Shown piece after piece: positions 50,390 to 62,494 of a DNA stretch of 64,000 bases. The notes under the pieces are model-generated. The model had not been told where the DNA came from. It worked only from the letters and a program-made list of their open reading frames with translations, and did no database searches. The stretch is taken from assembly GCA_043228905.1 (NCBI GenBank), contig JBHGNT010000017.1, positions 5,580,001 to 5,644,000 of the forward strand, written 5' to 3'. The DNA is from Azolla caroliniana (Eukaryota; Plantae; Polypodiophyta). The translations under genes and the position numbers were made by a program. Every line of letters begins with the position of its first letter. The stretch's first letter is position 1.

Positions 50390-50914
50390 TTTTTATTAGT
50401 ATCAGAAAACCCACGATGTTGTTTTGATCAATCTTTGCAAGAAAGTTAGACATTGACCAAGTCTCAAATATCAAATGCATCAATCTAACACCAAGGAACT
50501 CGATCTACAAGTACAACCTTGGAGTCATGACGTTTTTGCGAGAGACATTGGCATTACATTATCGCAGTTTATTGGCTCCAATACTAATGAAGCTAATCAA
50601 GGCATATATAATGATAAATGCTTCAACATAAACTCAAACCTATTTGAATATATCATTTCAAACTAATTCTGTGATCAATAAATGTAGTTTAAAACTACAA
50701 ATAAATCCAAGTTTTATGCTGGTAATCAGTTAATACTCATCTATAATCCGAACGTAGCTAATCCAGTCACATACAATAGTGACTAGCCATTGTCACGATC
50801 TCCAATCCATTACGAGTTTGAATTTTGCTGAAAATATTTGAATAGAATTGGATCCAAACCAAGTAAAATGACCAGTTTAACATTCCAAAAGGTCATTTAT
50901 TACAATATGAATGA

Positions 50915-51140
50915 TAATCTAGTCCAAGAAAAGAAAACTCACCATTTTTCATTCGCCCAAATACTCAGCTATGACACCAAACAATGACCTAATCCAACAA
51001 AAGAAAACCATTTTCAGATCACCAAAATACTCAGCTATAATATACCAAATGATGACCTAATCCAAAATTTGACCTAATACAAGAATATAAAAATTACAAG
51101 TTTTTAGGTCATCCAAATACTCAGATGAAGTATACCAAAA
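50915..51140. repeat. Degenerate ~68-90-bp repeat x3 upstream of the PPR gene
   Basis: CAAATACTCAG.T...ACCAAA..ATGACCTAATCCAA recurs three times. Confidence 0.7.
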
Positions 51141-51299
51141 CACAGAGAGATATACGCGATCATGCATTTATTAAAAACAAAATCTTGAAAAAAACATGAG
51201 TTTTCTAATAATGTATATATAATACATATTTAGTTCCTGAGAGAGAACACAGAGTTATATAATGAAACACACGTCTTTTTTGGTACCTGGTACTCTTCT

Positions 51300-51467
51300 T
51301 TCTCCATAGCCATTTTAGATTCCCCTGTTTCAGTGACTTTCACTGGAATTGGTGAGTTTTCAAAACTACTAAAACATCCCTCCAAGGGTCTCCATAGCCA
51401 TTTTAGATTCCCCTGTTTCAGTGACTATCACTGGAATTGGTGGGTTTTCAAAACTACCAAAATACCC
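51300..51467. repeat. Tandem duplication, ~88-bp unit x2
   Basis: TCTCCATAGCCATTTTAGATTCCCCTGTTTCAGTGACT.TCACTGGAATTGGTG.GTTTTCAAAACTAC twice. Confidence 0.92.
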
Positions 51468-54400
51468 TTTGTAATTTTTATTCAAAGGATCATAGATATC
51501 TCTTACTAGTCCCAAATAATGTGTATTTTCCTCGGGATTTCTTGCGGAAACTTAACGAGGTTTTGTTTTTTTTAGGTAACTATTCACCGATACATAAACG
51601 TGTGATTATTCATTAGGGTCCTGATATTATGAGCTTTTTTTCGTTGTGTGGGGAGGTGGAGTGTTTAGGTGTTCCCGAAGATAGAGAATGGGTATGGGGC
51701 TCTAATGCACACTAAATTTGTCCCAAAACTCTTTAGCTACACATAGATTTTGTATGTGTTGGCATAGGAACGAGATCCACTGAGATGACACAATTATGCT
51801 CAATAGACTTTTGATATTGTTTCAGAAATTGTGTGCTAACGATTGGAGCATAGATATAGACTATAGTATATGCATCATAGTGTATGTATTAGGTCGATGA
51901 AGATTTGTAAGTGATTATCATTCATTCAAATACAACTTTAATCACAATGCTCAAGTTGTATGCAAATTAACATGGTCTTTAATGGGGAGAAAATTATGAT
52001 AATATGCACTAAATAGATCCAATATGAGGCCCACAAACAATATTTATTTCGAGAAGATATTGGACATTGCACGTCGCTAGGGGACATTGAACATATATCC
52101 TAAATATTGTGTGCATAAAAAGGGATCTACGTTTCATCAATTTTTGTTATGGGATCTAGTATAACTCTTGGATTGGGTATGCTAAACATCAAGGGAAAAA
52201 AGTATTAGGTGTTATTTATCTTCGTACGACTTTTGTGAACATTTAACAAAGGTGACGTATCACTACAAGTTCCCATTTGAAGTTGTTTGGATGAACCAAC
52301 ATGTGAAACTAAAATTCTAGAGCAAAGATTGTTATGTAGTTTTTGGGCCAAAAGAAGATATACATTTCCGTTACTTGTTGAAAACGTATATGTTTGCGGA
52401 AGCGTTAAAATAGAAACACAGGAAACACAGAGTGAGAGAGAGAGAGTACGCGGGAGAGATAGACAGAGAGAGCGGAATGTTAATTCAAAATTATATGAAA
52501 TGTTCTCTGTTCATGCAATGCGCTTACCAGCGTTATTTATACAAGTCCTCATGGGACTGACAGAAGTACCGTGTACTTCAATGCTCACACGAGCATCTAA
52601 CACTTACTACGAGACTATAACTGCCTAGTAGTCTAAACTTAACACTAGGCTGCCGATTACCGATTAGATCCGGCTAACCGGCTCCCCAGCTCACCGGCTC
52701 TGTTGCTTGCTGACTCGGTTGCTCATCGTCATATCGATCCGTCTCGCTTACCGGCTCAGGCTTATTCAGCCGATCCGGCTCCAGTTGAGCTTGTCGCTCA
52801 ACACTCCCCCTCAAGCTCAACTTGAGGTAGGATAGTAATGTCAACATCTGTGGCAGTTGGTTCTACCAACCGACTTCTCCTAGTGTCGCTCTGCCTTGCT
52901 CGCGCTCCTCGTTCGGTCCGGTCTCGTTTGCCGTGACCCCTCTAGTTCTGCGCGCCTCGACCTTCTTGGTCGGCATGTCTGCTCATCAGGCCCATCTCAG
53001 CTCCTTCGCTGCTCTGACTCTGGCGCTTGCCGATCCGTCGGTTCCTCCGCGATGGCATTGACTTCCGCTGCGTCCGTGTCTCCTTGGCCTTTGGTTGATC
53101 CGACTCATCCAGATCCAACTCTTGATGCGAATCGGCTGTCTCCGACTAGTTCCAGCTCTTGTCCGAATCGGTATCCTCCGATTCGACTTCCGGCATCATG
53201 CCTTTCACCACATCGGACCACGTCCGGGTCTTGGCCTTCTTCGTGCTTCCCTCGGCTTCTTCAACTCGTTCACCGAAGTCGAATTCTGTATTTGACTCCA
53301 CATCATGGTCACTTCCGTCGTGGTGACCTCCGCATAGCATGCACTTCTCTTCCTGAGTGCACACTTCTTCCTCCTTCCGGTTGGCTCGGTCCTCCTTGAC
53401 CTTGCCACCACTACCGTTTGTTCCAACTTGTTTGGATGTGTCGACTTCCTTTGTCGACTCGGCTTCTTTCTTCTTCTTGTCTCCCCTTCTTCCGGTTCTT
53501 CTCTTACCGACGAGTTCAACAATTTCTTTGCCTTTGCCCGTTTCGGTAGTGTCTTTGCCCTTGCTTCTCCCCCTCAAGTGCGGCATGTCGAGATGTTGAA
53601 CACCAAGCATGTCGGTAAAGTGCTGCAACTTGTCAAATCCAAGCGGCTTGGTGAAGATGTCGGCAACTTGCCGATTTGTGTGAACATACCGAAGTTCAAC
53701 TTCACCGCTCAGGACCCGCTCACGCACAAAATGATAATGCACTTCTATGTGCTTCGTGCGAGCATGGAACACAGGGTTCTTGGCGAGTTGCATGTTGTTG
53801 ATGTTATCACAATAAATCGGGATCGAGGTCTGTACCTCGATCCGCAAGTCTCGCAGCAGTCACCGAAGCCAAATGGCTTCACAGGTAGCCACGGTCGCGC
53901 CCCGGTACTCAGTCTCAGTGCTAGACAGAGCCACTGTTGGCTACTTTTTGCTGCTCCACGCAACAGCCGCACTCCCAAGAGAAAACATAAATCTGGAAGT
54001 TGATCGGCGATCTGACGCATCACTGGCCCAGTCGGCATCCGTGTAGCCGACCAACTCTTCAGTTATACTTCGCCGGTATAACAGTCCTCAGTCCTTCGTG
54101 CCGCTTACATATCGCAATATTCGTTGCGCGCACTGAAGGTGCTCCACAGTCGGCTTCTGTATGAATTGGCTTATCACTCCGACCGGATAGCTGATGTCGG
54201 GTCAGGTGATGGTCAAATATATAAGGCTTCCAACGATTTGTCGGAACCGTTTCTCATTGCAGGTCGGTCCGGAGTTGGGACGGAGCTTCTGGTTCCGGTC
54301 CAAGGGTGTGGAGACAGGTCGGCATTCTGTCATGCCGAACTTGTACAACATATTCAATGCGTAATGCCATTGTGAGAGCAATATGCCGTCGGGGGTGTGG

Positions 54401-55559
54401 ATCACCTCGATCCCAAGGAAGTAATGAAGGTCCCTTAGGTCCTTCATCTCAAATGCGTCCGACAACTGGGACTTGACCCGGTCGATTTCAGAAAGGCCCG
54501 GTCCGGTGATTACTAAATCATAAACATATAGCAGTATACATACCGGACCGTCTGAGCCTTTCCAGATGAACAATGAAGAGTCCGACTTGGAGGCCGCGAA
54601 TCCCATCTTACACAACCGGTGTGTGATTTTCGCATTCCAAGCTCGGGGGGCTTGCTTCAAGCCATAAAGTGACTTCTTCAGTCGACATACCGCCGACTTG
54701 TTCATCTCTGATTGGAAACCAAGGGGTTGGATCATATAGACCCGTTCTTCAAGATCTCCTTGAAGGAAGGCATTCTTCACATCCATCTGGTGAAGATGCC
54801 ACCCCCTTGCCGCAGCAACCGCCAGCACCACACGAACCGTCGTCATCTTCGCGACAGGAGCGAAGGCCTCGTCGTAATCAATTCCATGGGTCTACGCGTA
54901 CCCTTCGCCACTAACCGGGCCTTGTACCGGTTAACTGAACCATCGGTGTTGTACTTTACCTTGTACACCCACTTGCATCCAATCGGTTTGCAGTGACGGG
55001 GAGGGTCAACCAGGTCCCATGTCTCGTTGGCATCCAGTGCCTGCATTTCTTCCTCCATAGTGGCACGCCAATTTGCGTCCTTTGTCGCTTCTACGTAGCT
55101 CTCCAGAACACGCACTTCCGCCACCTTAGTCATGTACAGATAGTGATGCGCCATGTACTCATTGTACCCGTACCGGTTGACGGGATCGTTTTGGTGGGTG
55201 GACCGGCGTAATTCACCGTTGCCCGTATTGAGGCCCTTCTTGGCCGGTCCGGACTTCGTTGCCGAAGATCCGCCTTTCTCCTTGCCGGAGTCGAATGCAC
55301 ACCAATCCGACTCATCGTTGCCGGTTTCGAATTCCAACATCTTCTTTTTCCCTTTCTCTTTGCGCGTGAACCGTCTCCTCAGTTCCTTGCGCGGGGAGAG
55401 CACGACAGAGTCTCCACTACTCGCCGGTTCCTCATCAGACTGGTCAGCTTGACTCAGTCTTGTTGGTAGACAGGTCCCTCCGGATGGGAAGGGAGAAGAA
55501 CAGTGCCGACGAACAAACTCGGCCGAGGCCGACAGGCCGAGGCCGAAACGGTATGATCC

Positions 55560-55752
55560 GGATGAGGAGTACCCGACTGCGGAGAGCCGGATAGGGAGTA
55601 CCCGACTGCGGAGAGCCGGATGGTGTAGACCCGGTATGAACCGGATAGGGAGTACCCGACTTCGGAGAGCCGGATGGTGCAGACCCGGTATGAACCGGAT
55701 AGGGAGTACCCGACTTCGGAGAGCCGGATGGTGCAGGCCCGGTATGAACCGG
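55560..55752 (+). repeat. 54-bp tandem repeat x3 plus a partial unit in the U3 of E (also 59484-59676)
   Basis: GGATAGGGAGTACCCGACT(T/G)CGGAGAGCCGGATGGTG(C/T)AG(A/G)CCCGGTATGAACC. Confidence 0.95.
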
Positions 55753-56258
55753 AGGAAGAGACATATTTGTAAATATGTTTCTGAGAGCCCATCAAGGCTA
55801 CATTTGTAAATAGCCGAAAAGTCATATTAGTATAAATATGACTTAGGGCAAACTTTTATGAGAGTTGTCATTTTGTTGTTGTCATTCTTCCTTGTTGGTG
55901 CTAGAAGATAGAGAAGAGCGCGTAACTATACAGAGAGAGAGAGAGAGACGAGGTCATTGCCTCTGTTGTAACCGTCGCCTGTGGCGAAGATCTGAGAGCA
56001 CGAGGTCGTTGCCTCAGTGATCTCACTGTTGTATATTTCTACATAGTGATAGTTTGCAGCTTGTGGGCTGCCGTGGTTTTTCCCCTATTTTGGGGTTTTC
56101 CACGTATACCTCCTATGTACCATTTCTCCTCTTTTGTGTCGCGTTTCATTACCTGTTTTTTTCTGTGTATAAAGTGGAATCTCGGTTGTGGCCGAGTATC
56201 GGACATAAGGAACGTCGAGTTCCCAACAAGTGGTATCAGAGCGAAATCGACACAGAAA

Positions 56259-58667
56259 ATGGACGAATCGTTTGGCGGCATGTTCAAGCTCACTGGCTCC
56301 AACTATTCAGTGTGGAAGTCGAAGATGAGGGACATGCTCGTGGTTAAAGACCTCTGGCTGCCGGTTCAGTTCGGGGACAAGAGACCGGACAAAATCGACG
56401 CCGCGATATGGGAGGTGATGCACATGAAGACAACGGCGTACATACGGTGCTTCATCGACATGAGCCTGTACAACAACTTCAATGAAGAGAGCAAGGCTCA
56501 TGAGCTCTGGGAGAAGATCGGCATAATGTTCCAGAACAAAAATGCTGTCAATCAGGTGTCGGTATTCCGGAAGCTAGTAAGACTCCGGTACCAAGATGGC
56601 TCCAGCATGGCGGAGCATATGAATGCCTTCCAGGGGCTGATTCACCAGGCAACGTCATTGGAAGTACCTCTTGCCGATGAGGTCCTAGCGCTGCTCCTGC
56701 TCGGTTCCCTCCCGGATAGCTGGGAGACGTTGGTTGTCACTTTGGGCAACGCCGGGCCGGAAGGAAAACGGTTATCCCTAGCAAGAGTAAAGTCGAGCTT
56801 GCTAAATGAGGAGGCTCGTCGGAAAGACAAAGATACGAGCTCCGACTCCAAAGCGCTCCTTACCGAATCGGAACGCGGAAGACATAGAAACCGTAGTCCC
56901 CAGAACCGGGAGAAGTCGGGGACACGGTCAAAGTCAAGGGGGAGGCCTACTTGCTTCTATTGCGGCAAGCCGGGGCACTTCCAAAAGAACTGTCGGCATT
57001 TCCGTAAAGACAAGGAAACCGACGGTACCGATTCGAAGCAAACCCCGAACCGAAACGGTACAGACCGGAATGGTAAAGACCGGAGGGGGCTGGACCGAAA
57101 GGGAACGACGGCAATTGCGGCAAGTGAAGAGGAGTTGATGCTCATCACCGAGGAGAGTGAGATAAACCATGCCGGCGACGAGATGACCTGGGTGGTAGAC
57201 TCCGGAGCGTCGTTCCACCTTACCCCGGACCGGAAATGCTTCTCATCCTACTCAGCCGGTGATCACGGCTGTGTCCGGATGGGGAATGAAGGAACATGCC
57301 GAATTGTCGGCATAGGAGACGTGTGGCTGACAACACCAACCGGATGCAAGTTGTTGTTGAAGGATGTCCGACACGTTCCGGAAGTTCGTCTGAACCTGAT
57401 ATCAGCCGGTCGGCTAGATGATGAGGGCTACACGGGTAGCATCCGGAACGGTGTCATGAAGTTCAGCAAAGGGAGCCTGATTGTGGCTCGCGCCCGGAAG
57501 GTAAACACACTGTACCTGATGAATGCCCGGTTATGTCCGGAAGAAGTGAACGTGGCTTCCGACACTGCCGGTGAGCTGTGGCACAAGAGGCTATGTCACA
57601 TGAGTGAGAAGGGGATGAAGAGGCTTGCAGACGACAACCTCATTCCAGTGAAGAACGTGCATTTAGAGAAGTGCACTGATTGTCTGGCCGGTAAGCAGAA
57701 CCAGACCTCCTTCCGACCAAGGCCACCGATGAGACGTAATGCACCACTGGAGTTGGTGCATACGGATGTTTGTCAAGTAGACACGAAGTCACATGCCGGA
57801 GCGCAGTACTTCGTGACGTTCATAGATGACCACAACCGGAAGTTGTGGGTCACACCGCTGAAGACGAAGGATCAGGTGTTATCAGTCTTCAAAGAGCTCC
57901 ACGCGAGAGTGGAAAGAGAAACCGGCCGGAAGCTGAAGGCGGTTCGAGCAGATAACGGAGGTGAATACCGTGGGCAGTTCGAGGAGTACTGCCGCTCGAA
58001 GGGAATCCGGCTCGAATTTACCGTGCCGAAGACGCCGGAACTAAACGAGATGGCCGAGAGGATGAACCGGACCATAATGGAGAGGGTCCGGAGTATGCTA
58101 GCGCATGCAAAACTACCCAAGAAGTTTTGGGCTGAGGCACTGTCGACGGCGACATATGTGATAAACAGATCACCCTCAGTACCCTTGGACGGAGACACGC
58201 CACAGAGAGTATGGACAGGTAAGGAAGTGTCCTACCGGCATCTGAGGGTGTTCGGGTGTCTCGCGTACGTGCATGTAGCAAAGGACCGGAGAGGAAAGTT
58301 AGATCCAAAGACCCGGCCATGCATATTCCTCGGTTACGGTGACGATGAGTTCGGCTACCGAGTGTGGGACCCGGTCGACAAGAAGGTATTCCGGAGTCGA
58401 GATATTATCTTCATGGAGGACAAGACGCTCGCCGACTGGGAGTCGGAGAAGAAGATAATGAACTCCGAGTCGACCGGTAAGGATAGACTCTACAATGAGC
58501 AGACCCAACCGGCAAGAGACCGGTTAGCACTCGAGGAACCAGCCGGTTACGGTGAGGATACCGAACCGGCAGAAGAAGAAGTAGAGGAAGCTGAGACCGG
58601 AACTGGTCAAGACCCCGAATCGGATTCGGATGAAGAGCAAATGGAGGAATCGGTTACCAAAGCCTGA
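56259..58667 (+). CDS. Gag-protease-integrase polyprotein of E (open frame, ends at the deletion junction)
   Basis: ATG after the PBS (MDESFGG); CFYCGKPGHFQKNC, WVVDSGAS, LWHKRLCH..CTDC, FIDD / ADNGGEY / AERMNR; no stop for 802 codons. Confidence 0.88.
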   Translation: MDESFGGMFKLTGSNYSVWKSKMRDMLVVKDLWLPVQFGDKRPDKIDAAIWEVMHMKTTAYIRCFIDMSLYNNFNEESKAHELWEKIGIMFQNKNAVNQVSVFRKLVRLRYQDGSSMAEHMNAFQGLIHQATSLEVPLADEVLALLLLGSLPDSWETLVVTLGNAGPEGKRLSLARVKSSLLNEEARRKDKDTSSDSKALLTESERGRHRNRSPQNREKSGTRSKSRGRPTCFYCGKPGHFQKNCRHFRKDKETDGTDSKQTPNRNGTDRNGKDRRGLDRKGTTAIAASEEELMLITEESEINHAGDEMTWVVDSGASFHLTPDRKCFSSYSAGDHGCVRMGNEGTCRIVGIGDVWLTTPTGCKLLLKDVRHVPEVRLNLISAGRLDDEGYTGSIRNGVMKFSKGSLIVARARKVNTLYLMNARLCPEEVNVASDTAGELWHKRLCHMSEKGMKRLADDNLIPVKNVHLEKCTDCLAGKQNQTSFRPRPPMRRNAPLELVHTDVCQVDTKSHAGAQYFVTFIDDHNRKLWVTPLKTKDQVLSVFKELHARVERETGRKLKAVRADNGGEYRGQFEEYCRSKGIRLEFTVPKTPELNEMAERMNRTIMERVRSMLAHAKLPKKFWAEALSTATYVINRSPSVPLDGDTPQRVWTGKEVSYRHLRVFGCLAYVHVAKDRRGKLDPKTRPCIFLGYGDDEFGYRVWDPVDKKVFRSRDIIFMEDKTLADWESEKKIMNSESTGKDRLYNEQTQPARDRLALEEPAGYGEDTEPAEEEVEEAETGTGQDPESDSDEEQMEESVTKA

Positions 58668-58690
58668 AGACAAAAGGAGAGAAGGCAGAT

Positions 58691-59374
58691 ATGATGAAGA
58701 TTCCATATGCCTCTGCCGTCGGGAGCTTGATGTACGCAATGGTTTGTACCCGACCGGACATTGGATACGCAGTCGGAGTGGTGAGCCGGTTCATGAGTAA
58801 TCCCGGCAAGGAGCATTGGAACGCGGTCAAATGGATACTCCGGTATTTGAAGGGCACTTCAAATATGTGTCTCCGATTCGGCACCGGAAAACCTCAACTG
58901 GACGGTTTCACCGATTCAGACATCTCGGCTGATGTGGATACCAGCCGGTCTACATCCGGGTATGTGATGACATATGCAGGGGGAGCTGTCTCGTGGCAGT
59001 CGAGGCTGCAGAAGACGGTTGCATTGTCAACCACAGAGGCGGAGTACATGGCGGCTGTAGAAGCCAGCAAGGAAATATTATGGATGAAGGACTTGATCGG
59101 AGAGCTCGGTATCCGACAAGAGGAATACCGACTCTACTACGACAGTCAAAGTGCCATCCACCTTGCTAAGAATGCGGCCTACCATTCCCGGACGAAGCAT
59201 ATCCAGCGGAGGTATCACTGGATCCGGGAAAGGGTAGATGACCAGGAGTTCGCACTGGCGAAGATTCACACGGCCGAGAACGGGTCAGATATGCTGACCA
59301 AAGTGCTGACACCCGACAAGTTGGACGCATGCCGGAAGAGGATCGGGCTGGAAAGACACCCCATGCCGGAGTGA
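58691..59374 (+). CDS. RT C-terminal connection and RNase H remnant of E
   Basis: IPYASAVGSLMYAMVCTRPDI, FTDSD, VALSTTEAEY, HSRTKHI, DMLTK; open frame but with no upstream RT core. Confidence 0.75.
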   Translation: MMKIPYASAVGSLMYAMVCTRPDIGYAVGVVSRFMSNPGKEHWNAVKWILRYLKGTSNMCLRFGTGKPQLDGFTDSDISADVDTSRSTSGYVMTYAGGAVSWQSRLQKTVALSTTEAEYMAAVEASKEILWMKDLIGELGIRQEEYRLYYDSQSAIHLAKNAAYHSRTKHIQRRYHWIRERVDDQEFALAKIHTAENGSDMLTKVLTPDKLDACRKRIGLERHPMPE

Positions 59375-62300
59375 AGGGGGAGTTTGTTGGTAGACAGGTC
59401 CCTCCGGATGGGAAGGGAGAAGAACAGTGCCGACGAACAAACTCGGCCGAGGCCGACAGGCCGAGGCCGAAATGGTATGATCCGGATGAGGAGTACCCGA
59501 CTGCGGAGAGCCGGATAGGGAGTACCCGACTGCGGAGAGCCGGATGGTGTAGACCCGGTATGAACCGGATAGGGAGTACCCGACTTCGGAGAGCCGGATG
59601 GTGCAGACCCGGTATGAACCGGATAGGGAGTACCTGACTTCGGAGAGCCGGATGGTGCAGGCCCGGTATGAACCGGAGGAAGAGACATATTTGTAAATAT
59701 GTTTCTGAGAGCCCATCAAGGCAACATTTGTAAATAGCCGAAAAGTCATATTAGTATAAATATGACTTAGGGCAAACTTTTATGAGAGTTGTCGTTTTGT
59801 TGTTGTCATTCTTCCTTGTTGGTGCTAGAAGATAGAGAAGAGCGCGTAACTATACAGAGAGAGAGAGAAAGAGAGACGAGGTCATTGCCTCTGTTGTAAC
59901 CGCCGCCTGTGGCGAAGATCTGAGAGCACGAGGTCATTGCCTCAGTGATCTCACTGTTGTATATTTCTACATAGTGATAGTTTGCAGCTTGTGGGCTGCC
60001 GTGGTTTTTCCCCTATTTTGGGGTTTTCCACGTATACCTCCTGTGTACCATTTCTCCTCTTTTGTGTCGCGTTTCATTACCTGTTTTTTTCTGTGTATAA
60101 AGTGGAATCTCGGTTGTGGCCGAGTATCGGACATAAGGAATGTCGAGTTCCCAACAAGTCTCTCGTTCAGTTCGCTCAACCGAAATGATTCCGGACTCTC
60201 ATCTTGAGTCCACGCTTCATCATCCTCTACCTGGGCCGGTTTTGGCTCACTAGCCTCATCCTCCGGCATCGGGACGGGATTGGAATTCAGAGTTGGTAAG
60301 GAATACCATGATGTCGATTCATCGAACTCGACATCTCGGCTAACTCGGACCTGCTTTGTCCGGGGGTTATAACACTTATAACCCTTTTGCTCTTGAGCAT
60401 AGCCGACGAGGATGCATTTTTCCAATTGTGCATCCAGCTTCCTTCGCTTCTCATCCAGCACATGCACATATGCAATGCTACCGAATATCCTAAGGTGTCT
60501 TACATTCGGCTTGCGCCCGAAATACAGCTCGTGAGCTGACACCTTGTCACCGATCCGGTTCTGGATGTAGACTACCGTTCGGACTGCCTCCGCCCAGTAG
60601 AATTTGGGCATACTCTTCTCCTCTAGCATTGCCCTTGCCGCATCAATAAGCGACCAGTTCTTTCTCTCGGCAACACCGTTCTGTTTGCGGTGTGTATCTG
60701 CAGCTGAACTCTCGTTGAATACCCGTTTGCTACAGATAACTGTTGAATTGGCCGGAAAAGTATTCTTTCCCGCCATCCGACCGCAGGCATTTGATCTTCC
60801 TCTCCGATTCCCATTCCACCATGCTTTGGAGACTCCAGAAACACTCGAAGACTTCACTCTTCTACTGGATGAGGTAGATCCATGTGTGCCGCATATAGTC
60901 ATCGATGAAGGAGACGAAATATCGACTCCCGCCAAGACTAACATTCTGTGTCGGTCCCCTCACATTCGAATGGATTAGGTTGAGCTTGTTACAACTCCGG
61001 TTACGTTTGGCAGGGAATGGAAGCCAGTGTTGCTTCCCGAGTTGGCAGGCTTCACATACTTGGGCCTTCCGGCCGCTGAACTTCGGCAAACCGAAAACAG
61101 CTTGTTTTGTTTGCAGGTCTTGAAGCCTCCGGTAATTGATGTGGCCTATCCGCTTGTGCCACAGGTCGATGTCCGACTCGACCTTCTGTCCTTTTGCAAA
61201 TAGAGCGGTGCCGACGTCATTGGTGTCGAGGATAAACATCCTCCCGTCTCTGCGCCCTTGCGCAATAACTTCGCCCTCATCCTCAATGAAGCACCCAAGG
61301 TGCGTAAACCGCACCTGCATCCCCTGGTCAACGATCTGTCCGACCGACACCAGGTTCTTCGTGATTGTCGAAACGTGTAACACGTTCATCAACTTCCCCT
61401 TCTGTCCGACGTGGCTCAAAGGGACTTCTCCGACATGCACGATTGGGTGAGGAGTGTCATCTCCGGTTTCGACTACTCCTGGTTGATCCGGTTTTTCCAA
61501 AAAGAAGAACCACTCTTTGTGGCTCATCATGTGGTTCGACGCACCGGAGTCAACATACCACACTTCCTCCGATTTGGAAGTGTTCTTCTTCATCGAGTTC
61601 GCCTCGTGCTTCATCACCAAGGCTGGCCCGTTACCGCTCTTGGATCCTCCCGATCCCTTCGCGTAGTGCGAGCTTTGCTGGCCATCCTTGCCAGCCTTGC
61701 CGGATCCGGATTTGTCTGAATCGGCTCGTTTTCTCTGTGGCCCTTTTTGCCACAGTACCAGCATTCCGTTGTTGACTGCTCTTGCCGTCTTACGGTGTCG
61801 CCATGACTCCCCCTACCTGTGGGAGTCCCTGAACTGTGCCTTCGTTCTATGTGCCTTCGTTCTTGCTCTTGTCGGCCGCCTCCATTGCGTGCCGACCCGC
61901 CTCGTCCACCACGCCCACGGGACCGATCCGCCTCCGTGTACAGCATCCGGCTGTCAGTGGGTGCGCCAGTTGACGCACCAGCGTGGTTCTCCTCTACAAG
62001 GAGCATCGACTGTAAGTCAAAAAATGACGGCGTATTCTCCCTTGTACACACCACCGTTCGAAACGCTCTGAACTTAGACGCCAAGCCCCCAAGACAGACC
62101 TGTACCATCTCATCTTCCTCTACGGTAACGTTAATAAAGGCAAGCGAGTCACAGATGTCTTTGATCCGGGTCGTGTAATCAGCCACGGACATGTCCCTCT
62201 GTCGGACATTGCTCAACTCTTGTCGGAGTTGCAGCTTTCAAGCGGTAGTGCTTGCGGCGAAAACCTTCTTCAGGTTTCCCCAAGCCTCCTTCGGCGTCTT

Positions 62301-62494
62301 GGCGTCTCGAATGTGACTCAGCAGCTGGTCCCCGACACTGGATGCAAAGCAGTACATCACTCTGCTTGCAGATTGTTCCCACGTTGGGAAGTCCTCATGT
62401 GTCGTATTAGGTGTTGTTTCGTTCGTTCGTTCCACGAAACTCCAATGCCCATGCCCCAGTAGGTACTGATGCATTTTGTACAACCAGGACGCGT

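Larger units (their letters stand above)
55461..60156 (+). mobile_element. Tork/Tnt1-like copia element E, internally deleted (no RT core), nested in D
   Basis: LTRs 55461-56228 and 59385-60156 (~8 substitutions plus a 4-bp indel); perfect TSD AGTCT; PBS AG-TGGTATCAGAGC at 56229-56242; PPT GAAGGGGGAG at ~59373-59382. Confidence 0.96.

Noticed and set aside
55560-55752. CRISPR-like array
   Set aside because: Units are contiguous with no unique spacers, lie inside both LTRs of a plant retrotransposon, and no cas genes are present.
56046-56258. N-terminal 71 aa of the 873-aa ORF
   Set aside because: It starts at a non-ATG codon inside the LTR and crosses the PBS; gag most likely starts at ATG 56259. 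The same applies to 1207-1344 in A.
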